NCBI GenBank assembly: GCA_044229475.1
Contig: JBGASW010000003.1
Span: 390,838 to 454,837, forward strand
DNA from: Thermoanaerobaculia bacterium
Lineage (GTDB): Bacteria; Acidobacteriota; Thermoanaerobaculia; UBA5066
Direction of reading: 5' to 3'
DNA length: 64,000 nucleotides
Numbering within the stretch: the first letter of the stretch is position 1; every line of letters starts with the position of its first letter. Both the position numbers and the translations under genes were made by a program. Under the pieces are notes generated by a model. The model made no database searches. It saw nothing but the letters and a program-made list of their open reading frames with translations, and was not told the origin of the DNA. Below are positions 46,398 through 55,056 of the stretch, piece after piece.

Positions 46398-47578
46398 AAA
46401 GGGAATGGGTCGCGGCTGAGCGCGTCGAAGAGGTCCGCGCCGCGGCCCGCGGCTGGAAAAGAGCGGGCGGGATCGGCGAGGGCGCGTTCGAAGAAATCTC
46501 CCGCCGCTATCCCGAGCCGCGGACGCTTCCCGCCCCGCTGTGGCGGATCCTCACCTTCGTCTTCGGCAGCTTCATCCTCCTCGCGTTCGCCGCGTTCTTC
46601 GCCCTCACCGTCCGGCCGAGCGGATCCTCCGCGTGGGTCCTGTGCGCGGTCCTCGGAGTCGGATTCGTCATCGCGGCCGACCTGCAGGCGCGGTCGCCCG
46701 CCATGGCTCTCCGGGGAGGCGTCGAGGCAGCGAGTTTCTGGGGCATCGTCCTCCTGATCGGAGCCCTCTTCCTTCTATTCGAAGAAAATCTTCATCTCTC
46801 CGAACCCGATGGCCCGAATCTCGTCCTTCTTGGCGCGGTGCTCCTCCTTGCCGTGGGCGCCTTCCGCTGGGGCAACGCCGTCTACGCGGGTTTCGCCGCA
46901 GGCGCCCTCTTCGTCCTCCTCGCGCGTGCGCCACACGGGCGTCTGCTCTGGATCGCGGGCGGCGTCGCCCTGAGCGCCGTCGCCGGGCGCTTCACCGACC
47001 AGCCCTCGTGGGCGCCCTCGCACCGCGCCTGCGCGTGGGGCCTTGTCGTCTGCGGGATCGCGGCGGTCTACGCGGCCGTGAACTTCTGGTCGCTCGACCA
47101 CCGGACGATCGAGCAACTCGGAAGGCACGCGCGGTCCCTGCCGGAATCCTGGCCGGGCGACGGCGCGCGTGCCGCGGCCATCCTCGCGACCGCCCTCGTG
47201 CCGCTCGCGGTGCTTCTGCGCGGCGTCGTGCGGCGCCGGAAGATCCTCCTCGACACGGGCCTCGTCCTCCTTGCCCTCTCGCTCGTGACGCTGCGCGCGT
47301 ACGTCCACGCCCTCGACGTGCGCGTGGTCCTCGCGGGGGCGGGAGCGCTCCTCATCGGCGGCGCGCTCGCGCTGAACCGCTGGCTCTCCCGCGGCTCCGG
47401 CGGCGAGCGGCGGGGCTTCACCGCGGATCCCCTGTTCGGGGACGAAACGGCCTTCCGTGCCGTCGAGCTCGCGCCCGTCCTGGCCGCCCACGCGCCGGCC
47501 GCGAAGCCCGCCGACGAGCCGGGATTCTCGGGGGGCGGCGGCGGTTTCGGCGGAGGAGGCGCAGGTACTTCGTACTGA
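46394..47578 (+). CDS. Hypothetical polytopic membrane protein with a Gly-rich C-terminus (possibly DUF4401-like)
   Basis: Putative TTG start overlapping the upstream stop (TTGA). No in-frame ATG until far downstream. Many TM helices. C-terminus GFSGGGGGFGGGGAGTSY. Confidence 0.45.
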   Translation: MKREWVAAERVEEVRAAARGWKRAGGIGEGAFEEISRRYPEPRTLPAPLWRILTFVFGSFILLAFAAFFALTVRPSGSSAWVLCAVLGVGFVIAADLQARSPAMALRGGVEAASFWGIVLLIGALFLLFEENLHLSEPDGPNLVLLGAVLLLAVGAFRWGNAVYAGFAAGALFVLLARAPHGRLLWIAGGVALSAVAGRFTDQPSWAPSHRACAWGLVVCGIAAVYAAVNFWSLDHRTIEQLGRHARSLPESWPGDGARAAAILATALVPLAVLLRGVVRRRKILLDTGLVLLALSLVTLRAYVHALDVRVVLAGAGALLIGGALALNRWLSRGSGGERRGFTADPLFGDETAFRAVELAPVLAAHAPAAKPADEPGFSGGGGGFGGGGAGTSY

Positions 47579-47657
47579 ATGACTTGAGACCCTGATTCAT
47601 CTGCTCTCTGGCGGAAAAGTTGCGGAGGCCGTCAAATTTCGTGCCGGAGGGTCCTCC

Positions 47658-49073
47658 ATGGCCAGTCCGGCCCCCGTTCGCGAACGACCGAAGCCCTTCC
47701 TCCTCGAGGAGTTCTGCAAAGGCTGCGGCCGTTGCATCGAAGCGTGCGCCAAGCACTGCATCGAAGTGGGCCACGAGATCAACCCGCTCACGGGCCTCGT
47801 GCCCGTCGTGCTGAACCTCGACCATTGCAACGCCTGCGGCCTGTGCATCGACGCGTGCCCCGAGCCCTACGGGCTCCGGCCCGAGGCGAAGGCGAAGAGC
47901 GGCGAGGATTTCGAACTGCAGGACCCGGCCAAGCTCTTCGGCGACAAGCTCTCCGCGCGGCCGAAGCCCGTGGCGATTCCGCCCGAGATCGTCCCTCTCC
48001 CGAAGACCGAGCCGCTCGTGCTGAAGGGCAACTACGCGGCCGCGGTCGGCGCGCTCCTCGCGGGCTGCCGGCACGTCTACGGCTACCCGATCACGCCCTC
48101 GACGGAAGGCGCCGAGCTGATGGCGAAGCTGCTGCCGCGCCTCGACGGCGTGTTCCTGCAGGCCGTCAGCGAGGTCGCGACCGTCAACATGATGTACGGC
48201 TGCGGCGGCGCGGGCCTCCCGTGCATGACGTTCACGTCCTCGCCGGGCTTCTCGCTGATGCTCGAAGGCATCTCCTACATGATCGGGTCCGAGGTCCCGG
48301 GCGTCTTCGTCGACGTCATGCGCGGCGGTCCGGGCCTCGGGAACATCGCGCCCGAGCAGTCCGACGTGAAGCTCGCCTGCCGCGGCCTCGGCCACGGCAA
48401 CACGCACGCGATCGTCCTCGCGGCCTCGACGCCGCAGGAGATGCTCGACCTCTCGCGCCTCGCCTTCGAGCTCTCCTTCAAGTACCGCAACCCCGTGATC
48501 CTCCTCGCGGACGGCTACCTCGGCCAGATGACCGGAAAGGTCGTCCTCCCCGAGGCGATGGTCAAGCCGGGCCTTCCCGAGTGGGCCGTCTTCGGCGACG
48601 CGGCGCACCGCGGCAACCTGATCTCGTCGATCTACCTCGACGAGAAGGACCTCGAGACCTTCAACGTCCACCTCAACGAGAAGTACGCGCGCATCGAGGC
48701 CGCCGAGCAGCGCGCCGATCTCTTCCTCTGCGACGACGCGGACGTCCTCGTCGTCTCGATCGGCACGCCCGCCCGCATGGCGAAGGGCGCCGTCGAGGCG
48801 CTGAGGCGGCAGGGCGTCAAGGCCGGGCTCTTCCGGCCCGTCTCCGTGTGGCCGTTCCCGATCGACGCGCTGAAGCCGCTCCTCCCGAAGGCGCGGCGCG
48901 TCGTCGTCGTCGAGGCGTCGGCGGGCCAGCTCGAGGACGAGCTCAGGCTCGCCCTCTCGCACGCCGGCCTCGCGTGTCCCCCGATCGAGTCCGTCCGCCA
49001 CATGGGCGGCGTCCTGCCTCAGGCCTCCGAGGTCGTGAAGGCGGTCCAGGCCCGCGAGGAGGTGACCGCGTGA
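47658..49073 (+). CDS. korA: 2-oxoacid:ferredoxin oxidoreductase alpha subunit with an N-terminal fused ferredoxin (delta) domain
   Basis: Two 4Fe-4S motifs (CKGCGRCIEAC...C and CNACGLCIDACP), followed by the OFOR alpha domain I/III pattern (GNYAAAVGALLAGCRHVYGYPITPSTE...). SD GGAGGG upstream. Confidence 0.9.
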   Translation: MASPAPVRERPKPFLLEEFCKGCGRCIEACAKHCIEVGHEINPLTGLVPVVLNLDHCNACGLCIDACPEPYGLRPEAKAKSGEDFELQDPAKLFGDKLSARPKPVAIPPEIVPLPKTEPLVLKGNYAAAVGALLAGCRHVYGYPITPSTEGAELMAKLLPRLDGVFLQAVSEVATVNMMYGCGGAGLPCMTFTSSPGFSLMLEGISYMIGSEVPGVFVDVMRGGPGLGNIAPEQSDVKLACRGLGHGNTHAIVLAASTPQEMLDLSRLAFELSFKYRNPVILLADGYLGQMTGKVVLPEAMVKPGLPEWAVFGDAAHRGNLISSIYLDEKDLETFNVHLNEKYARIEAAEQRADLFLCDDADVLVVSIGTPARMAKGAVEALRRQGVKAGLFRPVSVWPFPIDALKPLLPKARRVVVVEASAGQLEDELRLALSHAGLACPPIESVRHMGGVLPQASEVVKAVQAREEVTA

Positions 49074-50491
49074 GCGTCTTCTACGAGAACTTCGAGCGGC
49101 ACTCCGGCGGCCAGGGCCTCAAGGCGCACGCGACGCACTACTGCCCGGGCTGCGGCCACGGCCTCGCGCACAAGTTCCTGGCCGAGGCCATCGAGGAGCT
49201 CGGCGTCCAGGACCGCATGGTCGCGGTCTCGCCCGTCGGCTGCTCCGTCTTTCTCTATTACTACTTCGACGTCGGCAACACGCAGGCCGCCCACGGCCGC
49301 GCCCCGGCCGTCGCGATCGGCCACAAGCTCGCGAACCCGGAGTCGATCGTCGTGAGCTACCAGGGCGACGGCGACCTCGCGTCGATCGGCCTCGCGGAGA
49401 TCGTCTCGACGGCGCAGCTCGGCATCCCGATCACGGTCATCTTCGTGAACAACGCGATCTACGGCATGACGGGCGGCCAGATGGCGCCGACGACGCTCAT
49501 GGGCCAGAAGAGCTCGACGAGCCCGGACGGCCGCTCGGCCTTCATGGGCCAGCCGATGAAGATGGCCGAGCTCATCGCCGGGCTGGACGGGCCCGTGTAC
49601 GTCGAGCGGGTGGCCCTGTACGACGCGAAACAGCGCATCAAGGCCAAGAAGGCGATCACGAAGGGCCTCCGGATGCAGGTCGAGGGCCGCGGGTTCGCCT
49701 TCGTCGAGGTCCTCGCGGAGTGCCCGACGCACCTCGGGCTGACGCCCGAGGAGACGGAACACTGGGTCAAGGAGTCCATGCTCCCGGTCTTCCCGCTCGG
49801 CGTGAAGAAGGACGTCGTCGTCGAGCCGCACGCGAAGGCGCCCGCCCCGAACTTCGACGGCGCGCGTGTCGCGAGCCTCGTCGGCGCCTCCGCGGAGAAG
49901 CCGCCCCGCTTCGCGAAGGGCTTCCCCGAGCACCTCGGCGGCAGGGACGTCGCGCTCAAGCTCGCGGGCGCGGGCGGCGACGGCGCACAGACGGCCGCGA
50001 TGCTCATCGCGCGGGCCGCGATCTCCGAGGGCTTCGACGCGACGCACATCCCGAGCTACGGCCCCGAGTCACGCGGCGGCACGTCCTACGCGGACGTCCA
50101 CGTGGCCGAGGACGAGGTCCTCTCCCCGGCCTCGCCGCACCCGCACATCCTCGTCGCCTTCAACGCGCCGAGCCTCGCGAAGTTCGCGCCGGACGTCGTG
50201 CCCGGCGGGACGATCGTGTACGACAGCTCGGTCATCCACGACGTCCCGAAGGTCGCGGACGGCGTGAAGCTCGTCGGCGTTCCCTTCACCGAGATCGCGG
50301 TCGACCTCGGCAAGGCGATGGTCAAGAACGTCGTCGCCCTCGGCGCGCTGTGCGCCGCGACGGGCCTCTTCCCGGAGGACACGTTCCGGACGGCGCTCAA
50401 GCAGGCCCTGAAGGACAAGTGCGCGCTCATCCCGCTCAACGAAGAAGCGTTCGCCTGGGGCGTAAAGTCCGTCACGACGCCCGGCCACTGA
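49070..50491 (+). CDS. korB: 2-oxoacid:ferredoxin oxidoreductase beta subunit fused to a C-terminal gamma domain
   Basis: GTG overlapping the korA stop (GTGA). TPP-binding beta-subunit motifs (YCPGCGHG; GDGDLASIG). Gamma-subunit segment DVALKLAGAGGDGAQTAAMLIARAAISEGFDATHIPSYGPESRGG. Confidence 0.9.
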   Translation: MSVFYENFERHSGGQGLKAHATHYCPGCGHGLAHKFLAEAIEELGVQDRMVAVSPVGCSVFLYYYFDVGNTQAAHGRAPAVAIGHKLANPESIVVSYQGDGDLASIGLAEIVSTAQLGIPITVIFVNNAIYGMTGGQMAPTTLMGQKSSTSPDGRSAFMGQPMKMAELIAGLDGPVYVERVALYDAKQRIKAKKAITKGLRMQVEGRGFAFVEVLAECPTHLGLTPEETEHWVKESMLPVFPLGVKKDVVVEPHAKAPAPNFDGARVASLVGASAEKPPRFAKGFPEHLGGRDVALKLAGAGGDGAQTAAMLIARAAISEGFDATHIPSYGPESRGGTSYADVHVAEDEVLSPASPHPHILVAFNAPSLAKFAPDVVPGGTIVYDSSVIHDVPKVADGVKLVGVPFTEIAVDLGKAMVKNVVALGALCAATGLFPEDTFRTALKQALKDKCALIPLNEEAFAWGVKSVTTPGH

Positions 50492-50502
50492 CGGAGGGGG
50501 AC

Positions 50503-50778
50503 ATGGAACACAACACGACGCACAGCCTGACGCCTGCCGAATGGCGCCTCGTGAACGCGCTGCGCGAAGTCCCCGAGTCCGCCCTGAGGACGCGCGTGAA
50601 CGCGCTCGTCGAGGGCCTCATCGAACTCGCCCGCGAGCCGAAGTGCCCCGAGCACATGGCGGACGGCGTGCCCTGCGCGAGCGTTCACGCGAACTGCGAC
50701 CAGTGCGTCCAGGTGACCCGTATGCTGGAAGGCCTCGAGGCGATGCAGCTCCAGATGCGGGGATACCCGGGCGCATGA
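50503..50778 (+). CDS. Small Cys-rich hypothetical protein (91 aa)
   Basis: ATG preceded by GGAGGGGG. The stop overlaps the downstream ATG (ATGA). Four Cys in CPEHMADGVPCASVHANCDQC. Confidence 0.45.
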   Translation: MEHNTTHSLTPAEWRLVNALREVPESALRTRVNALVEGLIELAREPKCPEHMADGVPCASVHANCDQCVQVTRMLEGLEAMQLQMRGYPGA

Positions 50779-52997
50779 CGCCGAGGGCCCTCCTCGAGCA
50801 CGAGGTCTACGCGCTCCTGAAGTCCGCGGGCTTCGAGGTGCCGAGGCACATCTTCTTGCCTGGCGTGCCGGAGAAAGCCGAAAGGCAGTTGGAAGATTTC
50901 TTAGAAGGGCTAGGGAAGGAAGACGCTGCGGGCGAAGTCGTCCTCAAGATCGCCTCGCCGGATCTCGCCCACAAGTCGGACGTCGGCGGACTCTCACTTT
51001 CGAAGAAGTCTTCCTCTTCCGTTCTCGCTGCCGCGAAGAAGATCTGGGACGACGTCGCCCTGCGTGCTCCCGGCGCGGAGCGCCTCGGCATCCTCGTCGT
51101 CGAGAAACTCGTCCCCGCCTCCGGCACTCCGGCCGCCGAAGCACTCCTCTCGTACAAGAACGACGCCGCGTTCGGTCCGGTTCTCGTCTTCGGGCTCGGA
51201 GGCCTTCTCACCGAGTGGTACGGAAGTCTCGCCGCGGGTCACACGACCGCGATCCTCAGACCGGGGGAAGTGAAGCAAGGCCTCCAGGCCGCGGTCGAGA
51301 AGTCTCCGGCGCTGAAGATTTTCTTCGAAGGTAATAGAGCCCGAGCGAAGGCGCCCCTCGAGCTCGATGCGGTGGCCTTGCTGCTGGAAACACTTTCTAA
51401 GAATCTTCTCTTCTCTTTCTCCCCCTCGAACTCTCTCGGCAATCCCACTCTCGAAGAACTCGAAGTGAATCCCATCTTGCTGTGTGCGGACGGGCGCTGG
51501 GTGGCCGCAGACGGCAAGGCGCGTTTCTCGTCGCGACGCGCGGAACGCGCGTCGCGCCCCCTTGGCAAGATCTCTTCTCTTCTCTCTCCCCGCAGCGCCG
51601 TCGTCATCGGCGCATCCGCGTCCGGCCCGAACCCCGGCCGCATCATCCTGAAGAACCTCAAGCAGTCCGAAGGCGTCGCGTACGGGAAGCTCTGGGCCGT
51701 CCACCCGAAGGAGAAGACGATCGACGGCGTTCCGTGCGTCGCGTCCGTGGCGGACCTCCCGCAGAAGGTCGACCTCGCGGTCGTGTCCGTGCCGGCGCCC
51801 GCCGCGCCCGGCGTCGTCGCCGCGCTCGCGGACGGAAAAGCCGAGTCGATCATCCTGATCCCCGGGGGGTTCGGCGAGGCGGGCCGCGGCGACCTCGAGG
51901 CGGCGCTCCGCAAGGCGCTCGCCGACGGCCACGCGCGCCCCGACGGCGGGCCGGTCCTCGTGGGCGGCAACTGCCTCGGGATCGTGTCGAAGGGGCAGTA
52001 CAACACGTTCTTCCTGCCGCAGTACAAGCTGCCGTTCCACGACGCGCCCGGCGACTCGCTCGTCGCGGTGTCGCAGAGCGGCGCGTACCTCGTGTCCCTG
52101 ACGAGCAACCTCGACGGCATCGTCTTCCCGCGCGCGTCCATCTCGTACGGCAACCAGATGGACCTCACGGCGGCGGACTTCCTCACGTACTTCGCCGACG
52201 ATCCGAGCGTCCGCCTCCTCGTCTTCTACGTCGAGGGCTTCGCGCCCGGCGACGGCGAGCGCTTCGTGGAAGCGGCGCGGCGCGTCGCCGCCCAAGGACG
52301 TCGGGTCGTCGTCTTCAAGGCGGGGCAGACGCCGCTCGGCGCCGAGGCCGCCAAGAGCCACACGGCCTCGCTCGCGGGCGACTACGCCGTCGCGAAGGCG
52401 CTCCTCGAGGGCGCCGGCGTCCAGGTCGCACAGACGCTCGACATGTTCGAGGACTACACGAAGGTCCACACGATGCTCGCCGGCCGGCCCGCCGCCGGGC
52501 GCCGCCTCGCGGTGCTCTCGAACGCGGGCTTCGAGTGCTCGGCCGTCCTCGACAAGCTCTACGGCCTCGTGCCTTCGGCCCTGATGCCCGCGACGCTCGC
52601 GCGCCTCAAGGCGTGCCTGCCCGGGATCGCCCACGCGGCGAACCCGGTGGACGCGACGCCGATGGCCGACACGCCCGCGTTCGTCGAGGCGGCGGCGGCG
52701 ATGCTCGACGACCCGGGAGTGGACATGCTCCTCGTCTCGCCGATTCCGGTCACGCCCGCGCTCGACATCCTCGCGCCGGACCCGTTCGGCGCGCACGCGG
52801 AGAACCTGTTCTCGAAGTCGTCCCTCGCGCAGGAGCTCCTGCGCCTCTTCCGCGCGACGCAGAAGCCCGTCGTCGTGAACGTCGACTCGGGCCGCCTCTA
52901 CGACGACTTCGTGATGGTCCTCCAGCGCGGCGGCATCCCGGTCTTCCGCAAGATCGACCGCGCCTCGCGCGCGCTCGCGGCGCTCTGCCGGGCCTGA
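50775..52997 (+). CDS. Acetyl-/acyl-CoA synthetase (ADP-forming, NDP-forming family) as a single-chain fusion of ATP-grasp and CoA-binding/ligase domains
   Basis: N-terminal ATP-grasp segment (EHEVYALLKSAGFEVPRH...). CoA-binding Rossmann motif SAVVIGASASGPNPG. A second ligase-CoA domain (LLVFYVEGF; VVVFKAGQT) follows. Confidence 0.8.
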   Translation: MTPRALLEHEVYALLKSAGFEVPRHIFLPGVPEKAERQLEDFLEGLGKEDAAGEVVLKIASPDLAHKSDVGGLSLSKKSSSSVLAAAKKIWDDVALRAPGAERLGILVVEKLVPASGTPAAEALLSYKNDAAFGPVLVFGLGGLLTEWYGSLAAGHTTAILRPGEVKQGLQAAVEKSPALKIFFEGNRARAKAPLELDAVALLLETLSKNLLFSFSPSNSLGNPTLEELEVNPILLCADGRWVAADGKARFSSRRAERASRPLGKISSLLSPRSAVVIGASASGPNPGRIILKNLKQSEGVAYGKLWAVHPKEKTIDGVPCVASVADLPQKVDLAVVSVPAPAAPGVVAALADGKAESIILIPGGFGEAGRGDLEAALRKALADGHARPDGGPVLVGGNCLGIVSKGQYNTFFLPQYKLPFHDAPGDSLVAVSQSGAYLVSLTSNLDGIVFPRASISYGNQMDLTAADFLTYFADDPSVRLLVFYVEGFAPGDGERFVEAARRVAAQGRRVVVFKAGQTPLGAEAAKSHTASLAGDYAVAKALLEGAGVQVAQTLDMFEDYTKVHTMLAGRPAAGRRLAVLSNAGFECSAVLDKLYGLVPSALMPATLARLKACLPGIAHAANPVDATPMADTPAFVEAAAAMLDDPGVDMLLVSPIPVTPALDILAPDPFGAHAENLFSKSSLAQELLRLFRATQKPVVVNVDSGRLYDDFVMVLQRGGIPVFRKIDRASRALAALCRA

Positions 52998-53001
52998 TTC
53001 G

Positions 53002-53829
53002 TCAGCGAATCGCTCCCGCCGTCTTCATCTTCCTCGTCACGTTCGCCAGCGTCAGCTCCAGCATGAGTTCGCGGCTCATGGACACGTTGGGAGCGAAATT
53101 GCGGATGAAGGCGATCTCTTCGTCCGTCGGCCGCGGCGTCACGGAAAGATCAGGGGCGACCTTCAGGTCCCAGGGCACGTCCCGTTTCACGTCCTCCACG
53201 GTGACCTTCGGGTGAACCTGCGCCAGGTAGATCTCCTTGGTCACGGGGTCGAATCGAAAGACGCCCTTCGTGGTCAGCACCATGGAAGGGCCGGATCCCT
53301 TCGGGAAGAGGCCGGACTTCTCGCGGCTGTCCCCACCGTCGAGATGTCCGGGCGACGTGAAGTAATCCAGCTTGTTCACGAAGGTTCCGCCCAGCATCGT
53401 GAGGACGGTTCTCTTCGCGTAGGAGAAGAAGTCGGGGGCGCCCCCCGAGCCCGGCAGACGAAGGGTCGGCTTGTCGTAGTCGCCGATCACGGTCGTGTTG
53501 ACGTTGCCGAACTTGTCGATCTGTCCGACGCCGAGAAAGCAGACGTCCACGAAGCCGCGGTAGGTCATCGTGAAGGTGGAAAACAGGTCCGTGCCGTACG
53601 AGAAGCCCCGGCACGCGTGTGCGTCGGCGATGTGGTTCAGGGGCAGCAGGGGCTGAAAGTCGACGATCCCGGACTCCATCATGAGCGTCGCGTTGGGCGC
53701 GTAGAGCGCTTTGGCCAGTGCGCCGGCGGTCGTCGGGATCCCGATGCCGAGGATCACGTTTTCGTGATCGTGGATTTCCTTGGCGGCGGCGATGATCAAC
53801 AGCTCCTGCAGGGTGTACGGCTTACTCAT
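53002..53829 (-). CDS. CoA-transferase subunit B (glutaconate/3-oxoacid CoA-transferase family)
   Basis: 275 aa with the family-I CoA-transferase beta pattern (ESGIVDF...; active-site Glu region). Overlaps subunit A by 8 bp. Confidence 0.8.
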   Translation of the reverse strand: MSKPYTLQELLIIAAAKEIHDHENVILGIGIPTTAGALAKALYAPNATLMMESGIVDFQPLLPLNHIADAHACRGFSYGTDLFSTFTMTYRGFVDVCFLGVGQIDKFGNVNTTVIGDYDKPTLRLPGSGGAPDFFSYAKRTVLTMLGGTFVNKLDYFTSPGHLDGGDSREKSGLFPKGSGPSMVLTTKGVFRFDPVTKEIYLAQVHPKVTVEDVKRDVPWDLKVAPDLSVTPRPTDEEIAFIRNFAPNVSMSRELMLELTLANVTRKMKTAGAIR

Positions 53830-54868
53830 AGAGCTGCCCCCTCTCTTTCAGGATCGTCTCCATTTCGGGCAGGGTGAGTCCCGTGAAGATCTCCCGGCCG
53901 TCGCGGTCCCAGCGGGACGTCACGGCCGCGCCGTAGTTCGCCGGCGCGGAGTAGTAGGGCTTCGCCTTGAGGGAATCGAGCGCGCCGCTGCCGAACTTGG
54001 CGACGTACCGGTCGATGTAGGCCGCGCGGTTCTCACAGCCGTACACCCATTCGTCCATCCAGGCCTTCAGCCCGTCGGCGGTGGAATCGGCCTGCGTGAA
54101 CACGCCGTACATCGCGGAATCGAGGTTGTAGTAGCCGAGCACCTCGGTGGGATGCGCGCCCCAGGGAACCTCCACCACGGCGTTGACGCGATAGGCGGGA
54201 ATCAGGGTGAGGGCCGGGCTCGACTGAACGATCTCGTGGTCAACGATCTCTTCGCAGGAGACGATGATGTGCTTGCTCGCGAGCGCGGCCGCCGCGATGC
54301 TTCCCAGCGCGCCCCAGTATTGGGCGTTGCCGAACTTGTCGGCACGCTGCACGTGGACGATGCAGACGTCGGGATTGGCCGCGGGCACGGTCAGGATTTT
54401 CTTGCCGGTGTACGGGCACTCGATGACGCGAAACTTGTTTTCGCCCATGAAGCCCCTTTTCCGGAAGAGGTCGGTGGCCATGACCCCTTCGAGGACCGGC
54501 ATGAAGGTCATGCCGTGCATGCCGGCGACCAGCCTCGCGTTGTAGTCGAAGTTCGTGTAGTCCTCGAGCTGCAGGGTCCCCGCCTTCAGCGCCCGTTCCG
54601 CCGCAGAGCCGCCCTTCTTGCCGCCGGCGCGCATCACGTACGCCGTGACGAGTTTGCTCACGCAGCCCGCGCCGATGAGGATTTCCACGTCGAAAATGCC
54701 GGATTGCGAAAAGAGCGCCAGGCCCTTCTTCTCTTGCCGGGCCACCTCGTAGACCAGTTCCGCGCAGGAACCGACGGTGTAGTTTCCGATCACCAGCTGG
54801 TCGCCGTCGTGGACGAATCGGCTGATGGCGTCCTTGACGCTCATGACCTTGCTGTTTGCTTCCGTCAC
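53822..54868 (-). CDS. CoA-transferase subunit A (glutaconate CoA-transferase GctA-like)
   Basis: 348-aa family-I CoA-transferase alpha subunit (DGDQLVIGNYTVGSCAELVYEVARQEKKGL). Confidence 0.8.
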   Translation of the reverse strand: MTEANSKVMSVKDAISRFVHDGDQLVIGNYTVGSCAELVYEVARQEKKGLALFSQSGIFDVEILIGAGCVSKLVTAYVMRAGGKKGGSAAERALKAGTLQLEDYTNFDYNARLVAGMHGMTFMPVLEGVMATDLFRKRGFMGENKFRVIECPYTGKKILTVPAANPDVCIVHVQRADKFGNAQYWGALGSIAAAALASKHIIVSCEEIVDHEIVQSSPALTLIPAYRVNAVVEVPWGAHPTEVLGYYNLDSAMYGVFTQADSTADGLKAWMDEWVYGCENRAAYIDRYVAKFGSGALDSLKAKPYYSAPANYGAAVTSRWDRDGREIFTGLTLPEMETILKERGQLYE

Positions 54869-54948
54869 AACATCCTCCCGGTTCGCTTCGAAGGTCGAGT
54901 CGAATGGAGCTTGACTCGCGATTCCGATTACGGGCTAATATATAAGTG

Positions 54949-54970
54949 TACCGGTGGGCCGGTCAAGTTA
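54949..54970. promoter_or_regulatory. Putative TetR-type operator: TACCGGTGGGCCGGTCAAGTTA (inverted repeat ACCGG-N4-CCGGT) in a divergent promoter region
   Basis: Lies in the 188-bp intergenic region between the CoA-transferase A gene (minus strand) and the SDR gene (plus strand). It is 20/22 identical to the site at 63979-64000 upstream of the TetR gene. Both sites are preceded by an AT-rich stretch. Confidence 0.4.
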
Positions 54971-55056
54971 TAGAAAACCACCGGATAGACGAGACGCGCG
55001 GGCGCCGGCTCACCCGGTGTGGAATGGCCGACGGCGCCAGCTGAAAGGAAAGAAGA

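Noticed and set aside
54869-55056. Possible tRNA or small RNA in the 188-bp divergent intergenic region (contains ...GGTTCGCTTCGAAGGTCGAGTCGAATGG...)
   Set aside because: No cloverleaf can be drawn: there is no acceptor stem pairing or anticodon-loop geometry, and the T-loop-like GTTCGA is not followed by a matching stem. The region is better explained as a divergent promoter region carrying the operator-like palindrome.
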